Source of the DNA: Chitinispirillaceae bacterium | GTDB taxonomy: Bacteria > Fibrobacterota > Chitinivibrionia > Chitinivibrionales > Chitinispirillaceae | Assembly: GCA_036260705.1 (NCBI GenBank) | Contig: DATAMG010000066.1 | Span: 1-25,914, forward strand | Direction of reading: 5' to 3' | DNA: 25,914 nt | Part shown: one piece after another, positions 10,301 to 17,952 of the stretch | Layout of the letters: each line of letters opens with the position of its first letter | How positions within the stretch are numbered: position 1 is the stretch's first letter | The notes under the pieces: model-generated | The model's database searches: none | What the model was told of the DNA's origin: nothing | What the model saw: only the letters and a program-made list of their open reading frames with translations | Made by a program: the position numbers and the translations under genes

Positions 10301-11444
10301 GTAAGTGTAATGAGTCCAATGCTTCAGCTGCGCACAAGTTAGAGTCTATCAAGTAGCTGAAATAAGCCGGCATTGCAATCTTTTCATCGACATTAGTGCC
10401 TACACCTTCATGGCTTCCTACAGTTTCTGTCGCTCCTACATAAGAAATTGCATTTGCGAAAAGTGTTCTGGCTCCACAGTTATTTGAGGATCGCGGATTC
10501 ATGGTGCCGCAACTGGCAGCATAAACCATTGCCGGAAAGGTGTCATTGAGATTTTTTGCGCCAGTCGAGGATATTATTCCCGATGATGATGTATTCCCTC
10601 CATGTGCATGCCAGTATACAATTCCTGGTGTTTCGCTTATCCAGGCGTTGAGAAAATCAGATTCGTTGCAATGAACATTTTCCCAAAGCGGGTTTTTGTT
10701 CACCATTTCCGGAATGAGAAAGTGGGGTGGATTTTTATATTGGACATAGTTGTCATAAAGCCTGTAAGAATTCCATCCTTTTGAAGGTAAAGTCGTGAGA
10801 ACGCTCTCGCCTATTTTATAGTTTTCTTCCTCTGGTTTGCTGCCTAGCCCAAGCGGAGTCTGTGCTATAAGGAAATTGCGACGCCATTCTACATCTGTTG
10901 CGTTTGAATAGGCTATTACCCTGCTCAGGTAGTTATCTAAATTAGTAGTATCGTCATCATACACCGGAATTCGTCCCACACAAAGATCTGCCCTGGTTTG
11001 TTTTATCCAATCGTTGCTCATATTTGCATAAGCGAAATCGGTAGCGATGTTAGTAGATTTAGGATATTTGGCCAGGAACATAGGCACATCCCCGTAATCC
11101 GGACATGGATGACCAATGAGAAGGACAAACTTGTTTGTATTGCTGGAAACATACCATTTCTTAATCTCAGAACGTATGCTGTCGGCTATCTCTTCGGAAC
11201 CCGCTTTGCCGGTGGGATTTATTTGAGCATCGTCTCTTGTTTGTACACTCGCGCCGAGTCCCCTCAGATGAGCGATGTAATCGTTGAGTTTATGTGATTT
11301 ATCTCTAATCCGGTTTGAATAAATAATCAGGTAACCCCGCCCATTGACATGGTTAGTGGCAGGGGGAGAAGATTGGGCCATTAACTGCACCGTGGCAGAA
11401 ATAAATATAAGTCCACCGATAACCAATTGATTGAATAAGCGCAT
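7302..11444 (-). CDS. Large secreted clan-CD cysteine peptidase (gingipain/C25-like) fused to FN3, CBM6/35-like, InlB-B-repeat-like and two F5/8 type C (discoidin) domains
   Basis: Signal peptide is MRLFNQLVIGGLIFISATVQLMA. The His-Gly ... Ala-Ser-Cys dyad arrangement (VYWHAHGG, His281; MVYAASCGT, Cys312 at nt 10509-10511) is typical of clan CD. FN3-like segments include PQNFKAAAISHSQIRLSWDPCPGANGYRIQRS and others. The CBM6/35-like segment is DFYEAEDAALSGG...GYSGTGFVDGF...NWDSWAN...INLDYITL. Discoidin-like segments are NAIDGNTATFYD... and AANVCDDNTTTRWEA...FPQWVKVDLG. AAGGAGG lies 5 nt upstream of the ATG. Confidence 0.85.
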   Translation of the reverse strand: MRLFNQLVIGGLIFISATVQLMAQSSPPATNHVNGRGYLIIYSNRIRDKSHKLNDYIAHLRGLGASVQTRDDAQINPTGKAGSEEIADSIRSEIKKWYVSSNTNKFVLLIGHPCPDYGDVPMFLAKYPKSTNIATDFAYANMSNDWIKQTRADLCVGRIPVYDDDTTNLDNYLSRVIAYSNATDVEWRRNFLIAQTPLGLGSKPEEENYKIGESVLTTLPSKGWNSYRLYDNYVQYKNPPHFLIPEMVNKNPLWENVHCNESDFLNAWISETPGIVYWHAHGGNTSSSGIISSTGAKNLNDTFPAMVYAASCGTMNPRSSNNCGARTLFANAISYVGATETVGSHEGVGTNVDEKIAMPAYFSYLIDSNLCAAEALDSLHLQQQTSNVQWTMLYGCPEVALNLPTIYKAQVPQNFKAAAISHSQIRLSWDPCPGANGYRIQRSTNFTSKAKRAGFADITTNRISGTEYLDENLSEGTRYKYRIAFEKDGLSSGYSLIDSATTLTSNNDTLPPATPELYTPIAGSNSANLSWSIVPETGVSYNLKRSTSSNGPFVTIINTPHTTFLDSNIMNNTTYYYTVAAINEFGQRANSDTVSVMPLSNLYAPDLKSAYLNGNPYSMKCEFAIGYENELGFVFQAAMKFPDGTYWYNGPFKEYPRRRIKSYSKGMDLPTNSTYGISLSAANEIDKASSNVIDLKTPASLTNPINVRPAELVVSKSGSNQAALNWQFRGSDVCDHTQIFYKAVGGEWSCTSVEYPKNSVTLTINPDNSNIRVFVRTIKNHKFGEPDNAYSCSDLVGISSPTDFYEAEDAALSGGANSNNNHSGYSGTGFVDGFFYNASAAVNFTVNVPFDGNYEIMLRYSAGNGESANTRLSVNGIPVKDITCSGTANWDSWANDTEIVTLKAGLNSIEYKSTASSWNCINLDYITLTNTSMQVPSECTITSQAGSNGSITPSGIRTYSIGSSATYSITPQNGYSCYLSIDDKDQPGVSSYTFNDITTNHKIVANFVEDPCSGAQGGGNGLHGTAFGAGPANYSGSEYCNAIDGNTATFYDYKFADGGYTGLDFGTAKVISKIRYYPPHDLESRMDGGKFQGKTSNSSDFEDLYTLSNTSHDQWHEVTISNSKAYRWVRYLGPDGSNCNIAEMEFYSSEVQSPSNLTATAVAPNQINLAWSYNGSNQNGFTIERSLGSSGPWSQIATAGANARTYTDAQLTGGVTYWYRVNAFKGSETSDWSNTASATTPNGGYGNLSLGKTVTASSEVGGPYSAANVCDDNTTTRWEASSTTFPQWVKVDLGSQRTLNEVEMMFASVGTSGDCYDFKVETSPNNVNWTTQVNQNPNWDTRQTQRYGFSTTTARYVRITINGTPGSDSPSLYEFRVFGQ

Positions 11445-12177
11445 CGAAACCTCCTTGGTATATATGATGCTGATATGTGTTCTGGTGACAGTAATTTCTT
11501 TTTATGGTTAACCGTATATTCAGCTTAACACATTAATAAGTAATAACCATTCCTAAAATTCAGAATGGACGGAATAAAATGATACTTTAATAGCTGTGTA
11601 GTAATATCTGGCGGATATGAATACTTGTTTTTTTTAGCGGTGCACTTGAAGGCTTCCAGAATTGATTGATCAACCGGCATACTAAATCCAACTGATTCCT
11701 GAATGTCAAAAAACTGCCAGTTCAAGATCCTTTTTCCACGCACCACTTTAAAATTAATCTTTATTCTCGATAGGAATCTCCTGTTGAGGTATGTAATTGG
11801 TAACTGTGATGACAACCGGTTCTTTTTTGATTAGTCTGAACAAAAGGATGCTGCTGCAGTAAATAACAGAACCGAAAGCGAAATTCTCTGTGGTTGATTT
11901 TTTAACTCCTTCTGTTTAAGTTTTTATCCTTTGTAGAAAGGATCTCGTAAAGTCGGGGAAAAGTATTCAAATTTCGTGCCAAATGTGCTAAAGTGTTAAT
12001 TATGAAAGGATTATGACTATAATAATGGCACAAAGTAATATTTTTGGACTACAAGAAGAAAAAAGGTTGATTAAATGCAGGCAAAAATTACTCTTGAACA
12101 TGGGTCTGTAAGCCATAAAAACGGTTGACACAATTGAACTGGTAGTGCAACTCGTTTTAATTCAATAACATACGCCA

Positions 12178-12197
12178 CATGGGTCTATAGACCCATG
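12178..12197. repeat. 20-bp perfect palindrome catgggtctatagacccatg
   Basis: It is self-complementary when read directly. A third copy of the half-site catgggtct lies at 12099-12107. The palindrome sits about 100 nt downstream of the ybaK stop in a ~480-bp region without a convincing ORF. Confidence 0.8.
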
Positions 12198-12294
12198 GGA
12201 GGTTACAGAAAGTACTGTGCCATATACTCAAGGTTTGTAAAAGGGAGAAGAAATGAAGGTGAATATTAATGGAATTACAAATTAAAATCAGAAT

Positions 12295-12768
12295 TCAGTT
12301 TGCAACCAGATCTGCTGTTTTATACGAAGTAGCAGTTATTAAGTCATCGGGTGCTATCTTAAATTGCAAACCACGAGTGCCGGCACTGACAAAAATATGA
12401 TCGTAGAGTATGCAACTTTCATCAATAAATCCAGGATATTTCTTTTTCATGCCTAATGGCGAGCAGCCACCGCGAATATAGCCGGTAAGATTGAGTATCT
12501 CTTTCATGGGCACCATCTCTGCATTTTTGTTCCCGGAAATCTGAGCGGACTTTTTAAGGTCCAGCTCCTGTGCTCCTGGTATAACACATATAAAAACCCC
12601 GGTTTTGTCTCCCCTTAAAACCAGAGTTTTAAATACCTGTTCGACATTCTGGCCAAGCTTGCTGGCAACGGTGATTGCGCTAAGATCAGATTCATCAACC
12701 TGATAAGCAACAAGTTCATAGTGTATACCAAGATTATCCAGTATACGTGCAGCGTTGGTTTTGGACAT
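12295..12768 (-). CDS. ybaK: Cys-tRNA(Pro)/Cys-tRNA(Cys) deacylase YbaK
   Basis: The 157-aa ORF aligns by eye along its length with E. coli YbaK (FKTLV, LDLKK-A...G-K--EM, TGY-RGG-SPLG-KKK-P-FID, VSAG-RGL). Confidence 0.9.
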   Translation of the reverse strand: MSKTNAARILDNLGIHYELVAYQVDESDLSAITVASKLGQNVEQVFKTLVLRGDKTGVFICVIPGAQELDLKKSAQISGNKNAEMVPMKEILNLTGYIRGGCSPLGMKKKYPGFIDESCILYDHIFVSAGTRGLQFKIAPDDLITATSYKTADLVAN

Positions 12769-13559
12769 TGTTTATGACTTTTCCCGGCAGAAAATTTAGT
12801 GTAAAAAGAGTATAAATTTAATGAATTTCCGCTTAATAATCCACTTTTTTAGAAATCGACTGTGGCTTAGTTATTTCATTAGCTTGACTAAATTTGATCC
12901 GCTCTCCCTTCCCAGCCTCCGCAGTTCTGCCCACAGCACTAAGGAGGACGGTACGATCTTCGAAGACTCGATCTACAAGGATGAACCGCGGCAATATCTT
13001 ATTCTTTCTTAACGCAACTTTCGCTCGTACTTAGCATCCGTAGTTCTTACGAAGGATAGTCGAAGTATGAGCTTATTTTACTTTTTTCATAAGCTGACTG
13101 TTTCTCTTTGAGCAATTGATTTGCATTTTTTTGCAAGGCCTGCAAATCCGTGTCTCTGTGTAGAATGTGGCCCATTAGCTGTAGAGCGGGCAAGATCGAC
13201 ATTTCCTCTGCCCGGACAGGCTGCATCCCGCATCTCAATGGATCTGGGCAACGGATTCTTCAATAATTAATTCTTGTCTTACAAGTGATTGGAAACTTTA
13301 GACTCAGGCTACTTATATTTTAAATCAGAAAGATAAAAAATATCTGGCTGTTTCAATTCCTGATAAATGTGATATATGGCAGATAAATGTTAATGGCAAG
13401 GAGAGATCTCCTCTGATAGATGATGAGAATAAGATTCGAATAATTCTTCCGCAGAATGACTTTAACGGGCAGGATAATCAGAAAGTGGTGGTTAATGTTC
13501 TTAACGGTTATTTTTGCAGGTATTGCAGAAAGTTGATTTTTTTCAAAAAAACTTTTTTG

Positions 13560-13588
13560 GTGACAATCATAAGCTTGTAAAGTATAAT
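13560..13588 (+). promoter_or_regulatory. Sigma70-like promoter candidate for the WG-repeat gene
   Basis: GTGACA (13560-13565), a 17-nt spacer, then TATAAT (13583-13588), about 52 nt upstream of the ATG at 13641. GGAGA lies upstream of the start. Confidence 0.45.
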
Positions 13589-13640
13589 ATTCAGTCTATA
13601 TAACAAAACAGCAGTATATCTAAACTCACCGGAGAAGAAT

Positions 13641-15638
13641 ATGAAAGTTTCTTTTGCAGTTCTTTCTGCGTTTTTTATCATTATGTTTTCCACTGTAACA
13701 CATTCTAAAAACATTATTAAGCTTCTGGAATCACAGAATTTTTACGCAATAGTCGATTCTGCATCTGGTGGGATTATCAAAGCTTTAAAATATGAGCGTG
13801 TGGGTGAGTTCGAAGAGGGCTTTGCTACTGTATATTTGAACGGGTATGGATTCATTGATGAAAACGGAAAAGAGATAACACCTTTGATCTACAGTAGAAT
13901 TTCAAATTTCCGGGATGGATTTGGGCAGATCGAAATGAATCGGAAATGGGGCTGTGTAGATAAAACAGGAAAAGAGCTTACCGAGTTCAAATATGATTAT
14001 GTCTGTTCATTCAGCCGTGATATAGCCATGGTAAAACTTGGTAATAAAGCAGGATATATCAACCGTGAAATGATAGAGATAGTACCTCTAAAATATGATG
14101 ATGTTGAGTTTACCGGAAAGTACAGTAAAAACCTGTTTAGAGTGAAACTGAACGGGAAGTTTGGATATGTTGATAGGAGCGGAAAAGAAATCATACCGCC
14201 GAAATATGATGATGCTTGTCAAGGGGATGATTTCAAAGAAGGAATAGGAATAGTATGTGTTAATAATAAATGGGGTGTAATAGATGAGAGCGGAAAGGAA
14301 GTGTTGCCTTTTAAATACGATATAATAAACCTGGATGCCTTCAAGAACACAGGCCTGATCTGTATCTCTATTGATGGAAAATGGGGATGTATCAACATAA
14401 AAGACGAGGTAGTAGTTCCGATAAGTTATGAACATGTTTCATTATTCAGCAACAATCTGTTGCAAGTTGGTTTAAATGGCAAGTTTGGGTTGATAAATGT
14501 TAATAATAAGATAGTCGCTCAAATAATCCATGGTGATATAAAGCTATCATGTTACCCTGATCTTATCGAAGTCTCAAATGGCAAATTTTCTTCGTACGGC
14601 TTTATTGATTTCACAGGTAAAGTGGTCGTCCCTGCAAAATATAACAGTGCAATTATTGTTGATAGCTGCATTATTGTAGAAGAAACAAGGAAAACCGGGG
14701 CTGGCAGCATAACCGGACAAGGTATATTGAATCTGAAAGGTGAAGTGGTTTTGCCTACGAAATATAAGAAAGTGAAGCAGTACAAAAGATCTTTTTTTCT
14801 GGTGGAAACAGAACATCCTAAATATGGTCTTTGTAATAAATCAGGTAGATTAATAGTTGATCTTCATGATTTTATTATTCTACAGGACAGTCTTGTGTAT
14901 GTAAATAAGGGAGGAGTGCTTAGGAACAATAACATAAATGGAGGTAAAAATGGTCTTTACGATTTAGAAGGCAGAAAACTCACAGAAATAGTTTACGATT
15001 ACATATCAGCATTCAATGATGGACTTGCTGTTGTAGTTAAAGCTGGCAAAATGGGTTTCATTGATAAGAGCGGCAGAGAAGTCATCGGACTCAAATATGA
15101 TTATGTCTTTGACATGAGATTCCATAACGGGCTGGCAGCGGTAAATATCGGCGGTAAAATGGATGAGAACCTGGGATTTGTTTCCGGCAAATGGGGATTT
15201 ATAGACTCCAAAGGCGAAATGATTATCCCATACCAGTATGATGGTGCATCTGCTTTTAGCGCCGGTGTAGCGCCAGTCAAAAAAGATGGATTTTTCGGGG
15301 CTGTAGACAGGAACGGTAATGAAATAGTACCTTTTAAATATCAGGATATGGGACCGTTTTTTGAGGGCATAGCCTATTACAGAAGGGGTGAAAAATTTGG
15401 GTTCATCGATTCAACTGGTAAAGAGCTCTGTCCTAATGAATATAATTCTGCCGGAATTTTCAGTGATGGAATCGCCCCAGTATTAAAAGATAACAAAATC
15501 GGATTCGTAGACAAAAATGCAAAGCTTGTTATTCCTTGCCAATACGACGATGCAGGGAACTTTATTAACGGATACTGCCTTGTGAGAATCGGAGATAAAA
15601 ACCATCTGATAAATAAAAGAGGTGAGGTGATTAAATAA
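13641..15638 (+). CDS. Secreted WG-repeat (KWG-type) protein
   Basis: Signal peptide is MKVSFAVLSAFFIIMFSTVTHS. About 15-18 (by eye) tandem ~35-40-aa units follow, each with the G-(K/R)-(W/F)G-(F/Y/C/V)(I/V)D-x-xGKE-(I/V)-P-KYD pattern (KWGCVDKTGKE, KFGYVDRSGKEIIPPKYDD, KWGVIDESGKEVLPFKYD, KWGFIDSKGEMIIPYQYD). Confidence 0.9.
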   Translation: MKVSFAVLSAFFIIMFSTVTHSKNIIKLLESQNFYAIVDSASGGIIKALKYERVGEFEEGFATVYLNGYGFIDENGKEITPLIYSRISNFRDGFGQIEMNRKWGCVDKTGKELTEFKYDYVCSFSRDIAMVKLGNKAGYINREMIEIVPLKYDDVEFTGKYSKNLFRVKLNGKFGYVDRSGKEIIPPKYDDACQGDDFKEGIGIVCVNNKWGVIDESGKEVLPFKYDIINLDAFKNTGLICISIDGKWGCINIKDEVVVPISYEHVSLFSNNLLQVGLNGKFGLINVNNKIVAQIIHGDIKLSCYPDLIEVSNGKFSSYGFIDFTGKVVVPAKYNSAIIVDSCIIVEETRKTGAGSITGQGILNLKGEVVLPTKYKKVKQYKRSFFLVETEHPKYGLCNKSGRLIVDLHDFIILQDSLVYVNKGGVLRNNNINGGKNGLYDLEGRKLTEIVYDYISAFNDGLAVVVKAGKMGFIDKSGREVIGLKYDYVFDMRFHNGLAAVNIGGKMDENLGFVSGKWGFIDSKGEMIIPYQYDGASAFSAGVAPVKKDGFFGAVDRNGNEIVPFKYQDMGPFFEGIAYYRRGEKFGFIDSTGKELCPNEYNSAGIFSDGIAPVLKDNKIGFVDKNAKLVIPCQYDDAGNFINGYCLVRIGDKNHLINKRGEVIK

Positions 15639-15927
15639 TTCTTTCTGGAATCTGGTGATGTAAATACCTCAAATGCAGTCGAATGTTTTACCAGGTTTTA
15701 TAATTAAATCGCCGCTTCCGGATTTTTCGCGGGTAGTCCCTATATATTGTGGTAAAGGCATAATTTCACAATGAATTAAAAACAATTGAGTTACCATATA
15801 TGGTATATACCCACAAAAAGCCGGATGCCCCAAAGATATTAGAGGGGATTTTGATGTTTCAAAGGGAGTTGTTTTTAAACGCAGATCTCAAAAGAACAAG
15901 AAAGAATCCTTTGTTTTATATCAATCA

Positions 15928-16146
15928 ATGCAATCAAACAGAGCTCAAAAAATTCCCTTAATGCTGGAGGCATCACCAGAGCATATATTCGGGAAAAAAA
16001 TATTGGTTGTTGATGAACAGCCTGTATTGGAGCTGATTATTGGGAAAAAGAGTTATCTTACAGGAATTTTCACCGGCTACGGAGTCATTATCGTTTTTAT
16101 AATTACTGTGGTTTTAATTCAGAAGAAAAGAAACTTATTAAAATAG
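15928..16146 (+). CDS. Hypothetical small tail-anchored membrane protein (weak call)
   Basis: 72-aa ORF with one C-terminal hydrophobic helix (LTGIFTGYGVIIVFIITVVLI) followed by KKRNLLK. It has no recognisable RBS and no family match that I recognise. Confidence 0.25.
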   Translation: MQSNRAQKIPLMLEASPEHIFGKKILVVDEQPVLELIIGKKSYLTGIFTGYGVIIVFIITVVLIQKKRNLLK

Positions 16147-16265
16147 TGGTGATGCAAAATACAATTCACCTAACCCTCAGCGCACTCTACCGGGCTTCAA
16201 GGCTGGAGGTTCCTCAGTATATTCGGAATGACAAGTAATACAGTCAAAATGTGATTCTATTAAGT

Positions 16266-16290
16266 ATTCTGGCAAAAAACTTGCCAGAAT
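16266..16290. other. 10-bp-stem hairpin attctggcaa-aaaac-ttgccagaat
   Basis: The inverted repeat is perfect when read directly. It lies in a ~1-kb low-coding stretch. No U-run follows on either strand, so a terminator role is unproven. Confidence 0.6.
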
Positions 16291-16650
16291 TAACTTGCTA
16301 ATGTATCTTATTGCCCTATCGGTTAATTAAATTTGGCAGGCAAAAGCAGGGATTGCTATGATGATGCTTAAAAAGAGTGGACCGGTCAGGACATACATTA
16401 ACAAACCAAAGATTAGCGTTAATCTTAATATTGTAAAATCGGTAGATAAAATTTACAGTAGCCGTCTTAAAGATGTCCTTGGTATAACAGGTTTCAACAG
16501 CTTTATCCCAATTTTTAATCTCGCTGATACAATTCCTGACAGCTGCATTCATTTCTATTCTTCAATAGTGCAGCTAAAAAGTTGGGCAAATTTAAAAACA
16601 AATTGAGATAAAACTATTTTAAAAGTCAGTTAAGTATTGAAATTATGTGC

Positions 16651-16679
16651 TTTACAATAAATCGAATCAGAAATAATAA
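16651..16679 (+). promoter_or_regulatory. Sigma70-like promoter candidate upstream of the TIR gene
   Basis: TTTACA (16651-16656), a 17-nt spacer, then TAATAA (16674-16679), about 36 nt upstream of the ATG at 16715. The region is very AT-rich, so chance matches are likely. Confidence 0.3.
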
Positions 16680-16714
16680 ATTTCAAATTTAGTAATGCAT
16701 TTATGGAGGCGCTC

Positions 16715-17893
16715 ATGGCAAAACCACTCAGTGTATTTATTTCTTACTCTCACAAAGATAAAATATTTTGCTCGGATTTAAGAGAATATCTGACACTACT
16801 TGAAAAAGATGGATTAATTTCTCTCTGGTATGATGGTCAAATTGTGCCTGGAACTGAGTGGGATATTGAAATTAAAGAAAACCTCAGAAAAGCTGACATA
16901 ATTTTGTTATTAGTAAGTAACGATTTCATCAATTCTAATTATATCGATAAGATCGAATTAAAAGAAGCAATGGACAGGCATAACAATAAATCTGCAAGGG
17001 TAATTCCGATAATTACACGCACATGTGAGTGGGAGAGATTACTATTACACAAGCTGTCTGTTTTGCCAAAAAATGAGAATGATTCTGTTGAACCAATATT
17101 TAAATGGTCACAACCAGATGATGCCTATGTGAATATTGCTAAGGGGGTTCGCAGAGCTGTCGAGGATCTTATGTTATCATTAAAAATGGACGAAAAAATT
17201 AACAAGCCAGAATCAGGACAAAAAACACTGACACCACCCGATGAAAATTTGTATCATTTGTTTGGCTTAAAAGGCATTAGAACCGGTGATGTAACGATTC
17301 AGGATTTCGCTATCAGCAGAGTCGGAATGGGAGAAAAAAATATTAATGCAGTACAGTATTTGTGGGCAGACACATTTACCGGCTGTAAAATTAATGCAGT
17401 AATAAAAAAAGATAGAATTCCATGTCTGCGTGTGGAATTTGATCATAGAGGCGGGTGGGGATGCAATTTAGCAATTCGACCAAAATGTGAAATGGCTTAC
17501 CATAATAAAGGTTATAGATATTTAGTTTTTGATGCAATCCTACCTAAAGATATGGAAACTGAATCAAACGATCTGCTTAAGGAGGTGTCCGTAGCCGTTC
17601 GTATCGTAAATGGCCGGCTTCAGCATTGGGAGTATTCAGTTCATTCCAGAGAATACATAAATTTGATCGTTAAAGAATCGACATGGGGTTTGGAGCCTGT
17701 AAAAATCGACCTGATGTCGGATAATTGGCATTTGTTCACATCTGATGGTAATATCAAAACTTATGATGATGATCCAAATTTCTCAACTATTACATCAGTG
17801 ATTTTGAAATTCGGCAGCACACCAGATGTTACTGGCGAACCTGCCCGTGGGAAAGGTATAATAGAAATCAGATCACTATATTTATCTGATTGA
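16715..17893 (+). CDS. TIR-domain protein with an uncharacterised ~215-aa C-terminal domain
   Basis: TIR_2-type N-terminus: PLSVFISYSHKDKIFCSDLREYL...GLISLWYDGQIVPGTEWDIEI...ADIILLLVSNDFINSNYIDKIELKEAM. GGAGG lies 5 nt upstream of the ATG at 16715; the ORF track's earlier ATG at 16703 has no RBS. There is no signal peptide or TM segment. The C-terminal part (nt ~17240-17890) has no motif I recognise. Confidence 0.85.
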   Translation: MAKPLSVFISYSHKDKIFCSDLREYLTLLEKDGLISLWYDGQIVPGTEWDIEIKENLRKADIILLLVSNDFINSNYIDKIELKEAMDRHNNKSARVIPIITRTCEWERLLLHKLSVLPKNENDSVEPIFKWSQPDDAYVNIAKGVRRAVEDLMLSLKMDEKINKPESGQKTLTPPDENLYHLFGLKGIRTGDVTIQDFAISRVGMGEKNINAVQYLWADTFTGCKINAVIKKDRIPCLRVEFDHRGGWGCNLAIRPKCEMAYHNKGYRYLVFDAILPKDMETESNDLLKEVSVAVRIVNGRLQHWEYSVHSREYINLIVKESTWGLEPVKIDLMSDNWHLFTSDGNIKTYDDDPNFSTITSVILKFGSTPDVTGEPARGKGIIEIRSLYLSD

Positions 17894-17952
17894 AAATGTA
17901 ATTCGCTTCATGCTTACATATGTGTAAAAGCAGTATGAAGAAGGAGATGTGA

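Noticed and set aside
11525-11815. 96-aa minus-strand ORF upstream of the peptidase gene
   Set aside because: It has no RBS, its composition is typical of AT-rich non-coding sequence, and I recognise no family signal. It cannot be supported as a gene.
12896-13080. The GC-rich patch considered as tmRNA, SRP RNA or a group II intron domain V
   Set aside because: On the minus strand, cttcgac and gctaagtacgagcgaaagttgcgttaa superficially resemble a tmRNA 5' end and tag ORF. However, there is no GGGG 5' end, no alanine-type acceptor or T-arm with CCA context, and the tag would not end in the usual hydrophobic Ala-Ala. The GGGAAGGGAGAGC string lacks the SRP GGAA-tetraloop and AGCA context. The acgagc-gaaa-gttgcgt hairpin lacks the AGC triad and helix length of domain V.
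16316-16606. Two overlapping short ORFs on opposite strands (78 aa minus strand, 82 aa plus strand)
   Set aside because: They are mutually exclusive, and both have AT-rich low-complexity products with no RBS. Neither can be preferred.
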